DNA of 64,000 nucleotides from contig CAVTJJ010000004.1 of the NCBI GenBank assembly GCA_963735035.1, forward strand, positions 1,088,001-1,152,000, given 5' to 3'. Source of the DNA: an uncultured candidate division Zixibacteria bacterium (lineage in GTDB: Bacteria > Zixibacteria > MSB-5A5 > GN15 > FEB-12). The notes under the pieces were generated by a model. The model was not told the DNA's origin. It was given only the letters and a program-made list of their open reading frames with translations, and did not search any database. The position numbers and the translations under genes are program-made. Position 1 is the stretch's first letter, and every line of letters starts with the position of its first letter. Shown here one piece after another: positions 1 to 9,495 of this stretch.

Positions 1-870
1 TGCAAAGTCCTGTGGTCGCTTCAAGTCGCCGTCGTTGTCGGCCATCCAGGCCAGGTTTACGAGATCACTGTCGGGGGCACACGGTTCCTTGAGATATTGG
101 GCCGGCTGGTATTCCTTGAATCCGCAGAGATCATCGCGACCGTAGTCGGCCTTGCTTATTGGTAGATTGACAAACACATCGGCGTCGATGTAGAGACCAA
201 TGTACACCTGTCGCAGTCGTTCTTCCCCAATGTTCTTGATGTCGCAATCGAACAGCACGAAATCCTGGGCATACGAATACGACCAGGAATAGGAACGCTG
301 GGTAACCTCCACGTTCAGCGGTTGATGGGGCCGATAGTCGAATGCGTCAGGTCGCACACCCGGACAACGATGGCAGGTGTCAGAATAAGTCGCAATGAAG
401 TCCTGCTCCGAGATTGCTCCTTCAAAGCGGGGGCTGGTCGGATCGAGCGTCGAACGGGCGATAAGATTTCCGTACGGGGCTTCTGCCGGATGAAATTCGC
501 TGCTGCGCCCGGAGGCGTCAATTCCGGTAGAAACCAGCGTATCACGCCCCACGACCGCACCCACCCAGAGCGCTCCGGTCGAAAGATAGATCGCGTACGA
601 ACCTTTCGGGTAAACACACATCGAAATGATATGACCGGTAAAACAGTCCCGCGTGAACATGCCATCGTGACCATGGCCGAAATATCCGGCATTGGTGATC
701 GGAAGCGCCAGACGGCCGACATCGTGAATCGACGAACAGTATGAGGGTGACGAGAACAAGGCGCTTCCCTGAGTCCCTCTGGCCCCCCCCGATTGCGCAT
801 TTGCGAGCGTTGTCATACCAAAAAATGCAGCGAGTATGCTGCCAATCGTCTTCGAGGTGAATATCTTCAT
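1..870 (-). CDS. Secreted protein, paralogue of the 947-3640 protein (5' part only; runs off window start)
   Basis: Manual translation from ATG at 870 (alternative 888): MKIFTSKTIGSILAAFFGMTTLANAQ...YCSSIHDVGRLALPITNAG...WVGAVVGRDTLVSTG...EGAISEQDFIATY...EVTQRSYSWSYSYAQDFVLFD...VNLAWMADNDGDL. Open to base 1 and colinear with the neighbouring ORF. Missing from the ORF track because no stop lies in the window. Confidence 0.85.
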   Translation of the reverse strand, partial: MKIFTSKTIGSILAAFFGMTTLANAQSGGARGTQGSALFSSPSYCSSIHDVGRLALPITNAGYFGHGHDGMFTRDCFTGHIISMCVYPKGSYAIYLSTGALWVGAVVGRDTLVSTGIDASGRSSEFHPAEAPYGNLIARSTLDPTSPRFEGAISEQDFIATYSDTCHRCPGVRPDAFDYRPHQPLNVEVTQRSYSWSYSYAQDFVLFDCDIKNIGEERLRQVYIGLYIDADVFVNLPISKADYGRDDLCGFKEYQPAQYLKEPCAPDSDLVNLAWMADNDGDLKRPQDFA

Positions 871-946
871 GGTGCCTGTTTCGGTCATTATGGTGCGGGT
901 GGCCTCAGCGTGAGTACGGTTCGCAGGGCCGGGCAATTCCCGTTCA

Positions 947-3640
947 TCACATGATTAATACGAGTTTGCCGATCTGAGTGTTGCCCGCATCGTCTTCAAC
1001 CGTCCAATAATATAGTCCGGAGACGGCCTGCTGGGAATTGCGGGTTATGATATCCCAGGTGTCGTGAGTGGAAAGCGGGTCGGACGGGTCGAACCGGTGC
1101 TCGATCTCTCGCAGAAGATCACCGTCGAGCGAGAATATCCTGATCAGGCAGTTGGGCGGCAGGTTGGCGAAATGGATTAGGCGAGTGCGATCGACCGGAA
1201 ATCCGGAGCGAACAGGATCTTCGAAACCGCTCTCACGGTAGTCTTCATCCACCCGATACGGATTGGGGTACACGAAGATGTCGAGTTTTCTTGCATCAAC
1301 TTCAGCGCGGCCGGGGAGGGCGTAGGTATTGAGCGGCAATAAAGTGGGGCTCGTCTCCAGGGCTCCGAGACCAGACTTGGGAGAACCATAATCAAAGGCC
1401 GTGACTCCGACCCAGTAAGGTACTGAAGGTAAGAGATTGTCTATGGTCAACTCGTACTCATAGTACTTGATGAACCCCTCCGGCGTCAGATAGATCGAGT
1501 CGGCGCCGTTGGGGAACTGCGCCCGGATGGAATCTGGGTCCAGCACCGTGGGGCGGAGAGCGTCGGGGAAGACTTTCTTTATGTTGGTCGTGGCATTATT
1601 CGGATCGTTACCCAGAATAGAACGGTTGTGATCCTGAGGCACGAAATAGTACACTCGCTCCGGTTCACCGCCGGCCGCCGGAATGATGAGCGGATGGGTG
1701 CGGGTATAACGCTCCGGAAACCAGGTCGAATCAGTGCACGTGTCGGCGTAGAGACAGCGTAATTGCTCGAGCGTGAACGGGCTATGGACCAGCACGAAAC
1801 TGCCGGTGAGCTCGGACCACTCCCAGCGGTTGTAGTCTTCCAGGTCGTAGGAAGCAATCACCGAGTAGCTAAGCAAGCGTTCGTCGCGAGCAATCCAGAC
1901 GCGATATCCTTCAAAATCAAATTCCCGCGAGAAGATGTCCCGGGTAGTTTCCGAAAGAACGCCGTTCCATCTGATCCGTACTCGACCGGTTTCAGGTTCT
2001 ACTCTGAAGCCCCGGACCCGATTCCCGTAGGCATCGGAGATCGAATAGGCGGCCGGGCTGGGTGGCGGGGCGGCTCCTCGAAAATCCGGAACGCCGTCAC
2101 CCTTGCGCCAGACCGTGTCTGCCAGCTCGTACACCCAACGGCACGAAATAGTCGCGGTATCGGGATTGGCAACGGTGTCGATACCCGTATCGCATACCCA
2201 TTCCGAATCTCCCCCCAGGTTGCACAGAGTGAACACTCCGGCGTAACCATCACTGTCGGTGTCCACTCCCGGATTGTCGTACACCCAGTCAGCCCAGGTG
2301 GAGTTGACGCCCAGCGAGTCGAAATTGACACCTTCATACCAACTGTCCGGGTTGTTCGGAAGGTTGGCAAAATTGCTGGGATTCTTGTGGAAGTTCTTCC
2401 CGCACACATAAGCCAGTGAAACGGGCAGAGTCTGCCCCGGATCGATGTCAAACGGTCCAAAGGAGATCAGATAACGGACATCCAAACCGGTCGCCCAGGC
2501 GCCGACCCGATCACGCGGCGGTGGCAGCCAGATACTGTCCATCTCGGTGATTGTCGCGACCCTGGGCTGGTCATAATCTATTTCGCCGTTTCTCAGGAAA
2601 TGATACATGTTGCGATCACCCGAAGGCTGGCCGATGCCACCGGTCCGAAGAGGACGGAAAGTCTTTCTGGCCTGCGGGCCAAATTCGAGCGCCGGATTGG
2701 AGTTTCGAATCCACCAATTGTAGGATACTACCAGGCTGTCGGAAGGAGTGCGGATGATCCGAAGCGCCGCGGCATGAGGGACAGGCGCAAATACCGTGTT
2801 CCTGAGATCGCCGTCGTTGTCCACCGTCCAGGCCAGGTTGACTTCATCGCTGTCGGGCGGGCAGGGTGGTTTCAGATATAGCGCCGGAACCTTCTTCTTG
2901 AATCCGCTCAGATCGTCTTCGTAACCGTTGTCCATATTGGCCAGCGAATGCACGTCGGCGTCCACATAGAAGCCCATGTAGACCTGGCGAAGGCGGTTGT
3001 CGCCGATGTTCTTGATCCCGTAATCCATCAGAATGAAATCCTGAGCGTATGAATACGACCAGGCAAAGGATCTCTGGGTCACCTCTATTCCCAGGGGAAT
3101 GTGAGGTCGGTTATCCAGATAATCGGTACCCATTCCCTCGCAGCGGGTGCAGGTATCAAAATAGACGGCGACAAAATCCTGTTCTGAGACGGCTCCCTCG
3201 TACTCAGGTTTGGCGGGATCAATCGTGGATCGATACCGCATACTGCCTTCCGGGGCTTTGTCAGGATGAAATTCGTGCCCACCCATACCGCAGGTCGAGA
3301 CCAGTGTGTCGCGATCGCGTACGGCGCCTACCCAGAGATCAGCTCCCCACAAGTAGGTGGTAAAGCTACCCTTGGGATATTCACAGGACTTGAGCGTGAG
3401 ATGAGTGAAGCAGTCGGTGTAGCCGCCCAACGACCAACCGTTTCCGAACGATCCGTCGTTGCTGACCGACATGACAATATTGCCAACGTCGTGCTGGGCA
3501 TTACAATAAGCCGGGCCACCGGCGCTTGCCGAGGGAAGTGGGGCGGTGACGTTTTCAAACGACCGGGCTTCTACCAATACTGAGCAGAGTACTACCAGAA
3601 AGGCGGTCAGACTCGAAATGATTCGGGAGGGGTTAGTCAA
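947..3640 (-). CDS. Large secreted protein with C-terminal T9SS-CTD/FlgD-Ig-like domain
   Basis: ORF 947..3706; signal peptide suggests a start near TTG 3640. C-terminus VYPNPY...IRIFSLDGDLLREI...WD...SGLYYWTVE...GKLVLIM resembles a T9SS type-A sorting domain. Several Cys pairs and DxDxDG motifs. Confidence 0.75.
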   Translation of the reverse strand: MTNPSRIISSLTAFLVVLCSVLVEARSFENVTAPLPSASAGGPAYCNAQHDVGNIVMSVSNDGSFGNGWSLGGYTDCFTHLTLKSCEYPKGSFTTYLWGADLWVGAVRDRDTLVSTCGMGGHEFHPDKAPEGSMRYRSTIDPAKPEYEGAVSEQDFVAVYFDTCTRCEGMGTDYLDNRPHIPLGIEVTQRSFAWSYSYAQDFILMDYGIKNIGDNRLRQVYMGFYVDADVHSLANMDNGYEDDLSGFKKKVPALYLKPPCPPDSDEVNLAWTVDNDGDLRNTVFAPVPHAAALRIIRTPSDSLVVSYNWWIRNSNPALEFGPQARKTFRPLRTGGIGQPSGDRNMYHFLRNGEIDYDQPRVATITEMDSIWLPPPRDRVGAWATGLDVRYLISFGPFDIDPGQTLPVSLAYVCGKNFHKNPSNFANLPNNPDSWYEGVNFDSLGVNSTWADWVYDNPGVDTDSDGYAGVFTLCNLGGDSEWVCDTGIDTVANPDTATISCRWVYELADTVWRKGDGVPDFRGAAPPPSPAAYSISDAYGNRVRGFRVEPETGRVRIRWNGVLSETTRDIFSREFDFEGYRVWIARDERLLSYSVIASYDLEDYNRWEWSELTGSFVLVHSPFTLEQLRCLYADTCTDSTWFPERYTRTHPLIIPAAGGEPERVYYFVPQDHNRSILGNDPNNATTNIKKVFPDALRPTVLDPDSIRAQFPNGADSIYLTPEGFIKYYEYELTIDNLLPSVPYWVGVTAFDYGSPKSGLGALETSPTLLPLNTYALPGRAEVDARKLDIFVYPNPYRVDEDYRESGFEDPVRSGFPVDRTRLIHFANLPPNCLIRIFSLDGDLLREIEHRFDPSDPLSTHDTWDIITRNSQQAVSGLYYWTVEDDAGNTQIGKLVLIM

Positions 3641-3922
3641 AGCTCTTATTCTCAATCGCGGACGGGCGGCTGGTATTGGGCATCCTCCAACCGCGCACAC
3701 CGACAAGAAAGGGTCTTCGACCCGGTTTGGTCAAGTTCTATCTATTCTGAGACGGACAGCCGGCCGAATTCGTTGATAGTCTGGATCGACCCACTTGGGC
3801 CATAATCGGCGGCTCTTGGCGCGACTGCGAATCGCACTTGATCCGGGCCCGGCGTAGATATTATCTTCATGTAGCCCAAGCTGAGCGTACTCTGAAGTTC
3901 TTTTCCACGTTAGGAGCTGTTC

Positions 3923-5104
3923 ATGCGACGCTTGATTCTTCTCTCGGTTCTGGTTTGTATCCTTGCGGCGTGTAGCGCCAATGATCCCAACAAGTATATG
4001 TCGTTGCATCGTGACGCCCTGGTGGTCGATTTGCACAGCGATGCCGTCCTCAGGATGATGCAGGGAGCCGATTTCGGTATCCGCGATACGGTCGGGGATA
4101 TGGACCTTCCGCGTCTGCGCGACGGCGGGGTCGATCTGCAGGTAATGGCCTGCTGGATTTCGACCGAGACACCCAAAGCAGAGTGTCGCCCCATGGTTGA
4201 TCAGATGATCGATTCAATCCAGGCCCAGGTTGGTCGCTACGGTGATCAGGCCGGTATTTGTCTGACTGCCGCGCAGGCCGAGAAGATCATCGCGGATAAG
4301 AAGCTGGCTGTCTTCATCGGAATCGAAAACGGTGTGGCGCTCGCCGATGACATAACGAACCTCAAGCATTTCTATGACCGGGGAGTCCGCTACCTGACGC
4401 TGACCCACACCGGCTCAAGCGACTGGTGCATTTCGTCGGCCGATACCGCTCCGGCTTTCCCGGGGCTGACCGATTTCGGCCGGGACGTCGTGCGCAAGAT
4501 GAACGGGCTCGGCATGATTATCGATGTCTCACACGCTTCTCCGTCCGCTGTCGAGGAAGTCCTGAAAACCTCCACCGATCCGGTCATTGCGTCGCATTCG
4601 TGCGTACACGCTCTCTGTCAGCATGACCGCAATCTCACCGATGATCAGATTCGCGCCATCGCCGCCAAGGGAGGCGTGATCGGCATCAATTTCTACAATG
4701 GTTATCTATCACAGGCGTGGAATCTGGCGGCCGATTCACTTTTCAAATTCTACGGACCGACGTTTGATTCTATCGATCAGGTCTATGCCGATGACAAGGC
4801 CAAGCGGCATGAGGCCAAGGGATCGATCATGGCCGAAATCGACCGCGAACTCAAGAAGTGTAATGTCAATGTCGCGACCGTGGTTGATCACATCGATTAC
4901 ATTGCGAAACTAGTCGGTCCTGATTACGTCTGCTTCGGCTCCGATTTCGACGGTGTCTTCAGCCTGCCCGAGGGGCTGAAAGATTGCACTTATGTTCCGA
5001 ATATCACCAAAGAGTTGGTGACGCGAGGGTATTCCGATGAAGATATCCGCAAGATTCTCGGCGGCAACTTTATGAGGGTGTTCAGGAAAGTCTGCGATAG
5101 TTAG
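3923..5104 (+). CDS. Membrane dipeptidase (peptidase M19) lipoprotein
   Basis: Lipobox LAAC; motifs DLHSD, GIENG, YLTLTH, IIDVSH, ASHS, RNLTD, GSDFDG, KILGGN. Confidence 0.92.
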   Translation: MRRLILLSVLVCILAACSANDPNKYMSLHRDALVVDLHSDAVLRMMQGADFGIRDTVGDMDLPRLRDGGVDLQVMACWISTETPKAECRPMVDQMIDSIQAQVGRYGDQAGICLTAAQAEKIIADKKLAVFIGIENGVALADDITNLKHFYDRGVRYLTLTHTGSSDWCISSADTAPAFPGLTDFGRDVVRKMNGLGMIIDVSHASPSAVEEVLKTSTDPVIASHSCVHALCQHDRNLTDDQIRAIAAKGGVIGINFYNGYLSQAWNLAADSLFKFYGPTFDSIDQVYADDKAKRHEAKGSIMAEIDRELKKCNVNVATVVDHIDYIAKLVGPDYVCFGSDFDGVFSLPEGLKDCTYVPNITKELVTRGYSDEDIRKILGGNFMRVFRKVCDS

Positions 5105-6792
5105 GACTTCTGAAGAGCTGCCGGTTTCCGGCGGTCCCGCTCCAGAAGTATCTGGTTGGACGACGAGCGCGATTCGCCCACTGATGTAATGTAGATCGCC
5201 TTCCGGTCATTGACGGGGCAGGCGAACTCACAGGCGCCGCAGCCGGTACACAGTGAAGCGTCAATGTAAGGTCGCTTCACCTTGACCTGCCGCCCGTGAC
5301 TATCGACCGCCACTTCCTCGATGAGATATACAGACTTGGGAGCGGTGGGGCACCATTCTTCACACACTATGCATGGGGTGGCCATCGCCCAGGGGAGGCA
5401 GCGGCCCCGATCAACAAAAGCGGTGCCGATACGATTCGGCGGCGTTTCTTTGTCGCCTACCTTTTGTTGTAGTGTCAGCCTTTGAATCGCTCCGGTCGGG
5501 CAGACCTGCCCGCATAGAGTGCAGGTAGGTTCGCAGTAGCCTATCCTGGCGATTAGATACGGTGTCCAAAGTCCCTCGAAACCGGCCTCAGAGAGAGTGG
5601 GATGCAGGGCATTGTTGGGGCAGACCCGCATGCACTGGCCGCAACGAATACATCGACTCAGAAAATCGCCCTCGGGCTGAGCGCCGGGTGGGCGAATCAG
5701 AATTGCAGACGGATTCACTTCGAACGAGTCGCCCGCGCGAAGCATCGGTATCAACGCGACTCCACCGACAACCGAGGCCACCACTTTGCGCCGGGTCACG
5801 TCGAGTGACGAAGTCCCGGCTGGATTTTCGACCGATGCGATTTGATCGGGGAAGAATTTGAAACTCAGCGAACCTTTGGGGCACGAAGCCTGACAGTTCA
5901 GGCACATGTGACATTCGGCCTGTCGCCAGACGGCTCCGATATCGGGATTGTCTGCTCCCTGACACGATTGCAGGCACAGGTTGCAGTGGTCGCAGTGTGA
6001 GGTGTCCTTCCTCAGTCCGAAAATGGCGTATCGGGAGAAGATGCCCAGCATCGCCCCGAGCGGGCAGATCGCTCGACACCAAAAACGGGTGAACACCCGG
6101 TTGAGCACCAGTATCAAAACGAAAAGCAACCCTATCAACAGTATGCCGTGAAAATGAGCCTGGCGGAAAGTCAGCAGGACCGGTGCAATGAGATCATAGA
6201 AGAATTGTGCCAGCCAGGCCAACGGCAGGATGCCGGTAGATCCTGTCCACGAAACCATGCCAGCCATGGCTGAATGAAAAGCCGGGAGTACTGCCGTGCC
6301 TATCGACCGGGCCAGGAGTGGCAATGGATCCAGAAGTCCGGCCTGCAACGAGCCAAGTACCGCCGCTCCCACACATACAAAGAAGACGTAGTACTTGATG
6401 CGTTGATATGGCCGGTACCGATTGGTCTCCATCTTCCCTTTGCCACGGAAACTTCTTCGTTCAGACTTCACTTCGGAAAGCCAGTGATTCAAGCTTCCGA
6501 GCGGGCAGACCCAGCCGCAGAAGAACCGGCCAATAAATATCGTTGGAATGAGGATTACCAACGACCAGAGCATTCCTTTATAGACAGTCCCGCTGGCCAG
6601 CAGAGCCATCAGAGCGGCCAGTGGATCGAATTCGAGAGCCACTGAAACCGGATAGGGGAGGGTAATCTCAGACGCGCTGGCGCCGCCGAACGAAACTTCA
6701 AAAGTTGTCTTCAGGATCAGCCAGAAGAATATGATGAAGAATATGATTTGAGAGAGGCGACGAAGATTTCTGACGACCCGGATCGTCATCAA
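5101..6792 (-). CDS. Membrane-bound polyferredoxin (NapH/MauN-like fused to NapG/MauM-like 4Fe-4S domain)
   Basis: Multiple TM helices; GRFFCGWVCPLG and RFWCRAICPLG motifs; several CxxCxxCxxxCP motifs; internal TRRK Tat-like segment followed by IRPPGA...FLSRCIRCGQC. Confidence 0.88.
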   Translation of the reverse strand: MMTIRVVRNLRRLSQIIFFIIFFWLILKTTFEVSFGGASASEITLPYPVSVALEFDPLAALMALLASGTVYKGMLWSLVILIPTIFIGRFFCGWVCPLGSLNHWLSEVKSERRSFRGKGKMETNRYRPYQRIKYYVFFVCVGAAVLGSLQAGLLDPLPLLARSIGTAVLPAFHSAMAGMVSWTGSTGILPLAWLAQFFYDLIAPVLLTFRQAHFHGILLIGLLFVLILVLNRVFTRFWCRAICPLGAMLGIFSRYAIFGLRKDTSHCDHCNLCLQSCQGADNPDIGAVWRQAECHMCLNCQASCPKGSLSFKFFPDQIASVENPAGTSSLDVTRRKVVASVVGGVALIPMLRAGDSFEVNPSAILIRPPGAQPEGDFLSRCIRCGQCMRVCPNNALHPTLSEAGFEGLWTPYLIARIGYCEPTCTLCGQVCPTGAIQRLTLQQKVGDKETPPNRIGTAFVDRGRCLPWAMATPCIVCEEWCPTAPKSVYLIEEVAVDSHGRQVKVKRPYIDASLCTGCGACEFACPVNDRKAIYITSVGESRSSSNQILLERDRRKPAALQKS

Positions 6793-7742
6793 GCCACCTC
6801 AAGGTATCCGGCCGCTCTGTAGTCGAGATTGCCAAGGCCGGATTGCGCCGCCAGAACAATGTGCTCGACTGCATCGCCCCTGAGACCGAGGAATTCCGCC
6901 GCCCGCGAGTCGGCGGCGACCAGATCGGTAGCGCACATTACTGTGTTTTCAATCGCGACATCATCGAGGGATCCCCCGGTGGGCCCCCCTCTGAGCAGTA
7001 CGCGGGTGGCATCGACCACCGTTAAGGTCGGTTTGCAGAAAGCGGCCAGATCGACAATCGCCTGATCGATCTGTTGATGCAACTGATTGCGTCGTCCGCC
7101 GATGATGCCGTACAGATTCTTCATCCCAATCGTACAGCGTGACAACGAATGCTGTTTGACAATCGGCATGTTGATAAAACGATCCGTTTCGATGAAACAC
7201 TTCGCCACCGGCCAGCGGGTAAGCACTTTGCCGTTAAGTTCGATCTCGACCAGATCTTCTTCGGCCGGAAGAATTACGCGTGCACCCGCCTTCTCGGCCG
7301 CTTCTCGAATACCGGAGCGAAGAAAACAGCGGCGGGGATCGTTGCAGGTGATATCGGCAACCACAACTTCTTTTGCTCCCGCTTCCAGGCAGAGCCGGAT
7401 CATTTTAGCGACCAGTTCGGGGTTCGTATTGGCCGCCTGGGCGGGGGTACGGTCCCAACCGACATTTGGCTTTATTGTTACCCGTTCTCCCGATTTGACA
7501 AATCTGGAAATGCCACCGATAGCATCCAGCGATGCCAAGAGAGCTTGGCGAGGATCTTCGCGCTTGGCGAGGGTTAGTTTGGGCAACTGCGATGCGGGGT
7601 CGACCTCGAAACTCGCTTTGCGGGCCAAAACCGGCCGGTAAACTATGCTCTCGCGGTTGTGGAATAACCAGCCTGTTCCACCCGTTAGGGCGGCCAGAGC
7701 TGCTGCCTGACCGGTTCTTTTGAGAAATTCACGTCGTTGCAT
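6789..7742 (-). CDS. Tat-exported DUF362 family protein (LarA-like fold candidate)
   Basis: MQRREFLK twin-arginine signal; DUF362 motifs VTIKPN, TNPELV, INMPIVKQH...TIGMKNLYG, VVDA...GGPTGG, DLVAAD. Confidence 0.88.
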   Translation of the reverse strand: MQRREFLKRTGQAAALAALTGGTGWLFHNRESIVYRPVLARKASFEVDPASQLPKLTLAKREDPRQALLASLDAIGGISRFVKSGERVTIKPNVGWDRTPAQAANTNPELVAKMIRLCLEAGAKEVVVADITCNDPRRCFLRSGIREAAEKAGARVILPAEEDLVEIELNGKVLTRWPVAKCFIETDRFINMPIVKQHSLSRCTIGMKNLYGIIGGRRNQLHQQIDQAIVDLAAFCKPTLTVVDATRVLLRGGPTGGSLDDVAIENTVMCATDLVAADSRAAEFLGLRGDAVEHIVLAAQSGLGNLDYRAAGYLEVA

Positions 7743-7901
7743 TACATATTCCGACCGCTTGCTTCGTTTAGAATACTACTGGACTTAGTCTGATGCAAGA
7801 TAGTATATGACGAATAGGTGGAACCTGACATACCATCAATACTGTATTAGTTGAGGTGGACAATAAGAAGCGGACGCGTTTCTAAGAATGGTATTCTGAC
7901 A

Positions 7902-8750
7902 ATGACCGAAACTGAACTGTTAAATGCAAGTGAGCGAAAACTTACCGATTTAAGGGCCCGGCTCAAATCGATGGGGCGGGTTCTAGTTGCCTATTCAGGC
8001 GGCGTGGACAGTGCCTTCCTGCTCAAGGCTGCGGTGGATGAACTCGGCGCCAACACCCTGGCGGTCACGGCTGATTCGCCCACAATCCCGCGTATGGAAC
8101 TCGAAGCGGCAGCCAGTCTGGCGCGCCAACTGGGCGCGAAGCACCTCGTGGTGAAGACCGACGAGATGGCCAACCCCGCCTTTATTGAAAATACTGCCGA
8201 TCGCTGCTACCACTGCAAGACGACCCTGTTTTCGACCCTGACCAACCTGGCGAATGAGAAGGGATTCGGCTGTGTGCTCGAAGGCTCCAATGTCAGCGAT
8301 CTGGCCGACTACCGTCCCGGCATGAAAGCGGTCAAACAATTCAACGTCCGAAGCCCCTTGCGTGAAGTCGGTCTCACCAAAGACGAGATTCGGCTTCTGT
8401 CGAGACAGGCTGGACTTCCGGTGTGGGACAAGCCGGCCGCACCCTGTTTGTCGTCGCGCATCCCGTATGGTTCGCCGATCACTCTGGAGAGACTGCACCG
8501 TATCGAAGCGGCGGAGGGGTTCGTTCGGCAATTGGGCTTCCCGATTCTCCGTGTACGGGATCATGGCCAGGTGGCCCGCATCGAGGTGCCGTCGGTTGAT
8601 ATCACGAAATTGCTCGATCCGGATGTGGCCGCACAAATACAAGAGCGTCTCAAGTTGCTCGGTTTCCAATATGTTACGATCGATATGGCTGGTTTCCGCT
8701 CCGGCAGTATGAATGAGGTGCTGGGGAAGGCGACCGATGGACCGCGCTAG
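7902..8750 (+). CDS. larE: ATP-dependent sulfur transferase LarE (NPN cofactor biosynthesis)
   Basis: PP-loop AYSGGVDS, RCYHCK, DYRPG, SPL, WDKPAAPCLSSRIPYG, RVRDHG, GFRSGSMN. ATG at 7902 is the likely start. Confidence 0.93.
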   Translation: MTETELLNASERKLTDLRARLKSMGRVLVAYSGGVDSAFLLKAAVDELGANTLAVTADSPTIPRMELEAAASLARQLGAKHLVVKTDEMANPAFIENTADRCYHCKTTLFSTLTNLANEKGFGCVLEGSNVSDLADYRPGMKAVKQFNVRSPLREVGLTKDEIRLLSRQAGLPVWDKPAAPCLSSRIPYGSPITLERLHRIEAAEGFVRQLGFPILRVRDHGQVARIEVPSVDITKLLDPDVAAQIQERLKLLGFQYVTIDMAGFRSGSMNEVLGKATDGPR

Positions 8751-9495
8751 CCTCCGTCGACTTCTCGAAGAGGTTCAATCCGGCAAGATGGAAGTCGGCG
8801 CGGCGCTCGAACGTCTCAGGACCTTTCCGAGCGAGGACCTCGGTTTTGCTAAACTAGATACCCATCGGGCCCTTAGGCGCGGCTTCCCCGAAGTGATCTT
8901 CTGTACGGGGAAGACGGTCGAACAGATCGTGACGATTTTCGGGTCGCTCGCTCGTGACGGTCACCAGGTGATGGCCACCAGAGCCGGTGCTGATGTCTTC
9001 GAGGCGGTCAAACAACATCATCCCGGCGCGGTGTACCGGAGCGAAGCGCGAATTGTCCTGGCTTTGGAACCGTTGCCGCCGCGAACGGAAAAGAGGGTGG
9101 CGGTGGTTTCCGCGGGAACATCGGATATCCCGGTCGCCGAAGAAGCTGCAGTCACGGCTGAAGTAATGGGCTGCCCGGTGGACCGGATCTACGATGTCGG
9201 TGTGGCGGGGATTCATCGTCTGCTTGGCGAGCGCGACAAGCTCGCGACTGCCAACGTGCTCATAGTAGTGGCCGGTATGGAAGGGGCGCTGGCGTCGGTG
9301 GTTGGCGGCCTGGTCAGCCGCCCAATAGTCGCGGTACCAACTTCGGTGGGATACGGCGCCAGTTTTGAAGGTCTGGCGGCGCTCCTGGCGATGCTCAACA
9401 GTTGCTCGCCGGGCGTGGCGGTCATGAATATTGACAACGGCTTCGGCGCCGGCTACTTTGCCGCGACTGTCAATCTCGATAAGAACGAATTATGA
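8737..9495 (+). CDS. larB: NPN cofactor biosynthesis carboxylase/hydrolase LarB
   Basis: D..RALRRGFPEVIF..GKT, AGTSDIPVAEEA, DVGVAGIHRL, AGMEGALASVV, PTSVGYG, NSCSPGVAVMNIDNGFGA. Confidence 0.95.
   Translation: MDRASLRRLLEEVQSGKMEVGAALERLRTFPSEDLGFAKLDTHRALRRGFPEVIFCTGKTVEQIVTIFGSLARDGHQVMATRAGADVFEAVKQHHPGAVYRSEARIVLALEPLPPRTEKRVAVVSAGTSDIPVAEEAAVTAEVMGCPVDRIYDVGVAGIHRLLGERDKLATANVLIVVAGMEGALASVVGGLVSRPIVAVPTSVGYGASFEGLAALLAMLNSCSPGVAVMNIDNGFGAGYFAATVNLDKNEL

Noticed and set aside
315..800. ORFs 315..800 (-) and 322..744 (+)
   Set aside because: Off-frame or antisense to the real minus-strand gene (<1..870), identified by paralogy with the neighbour.
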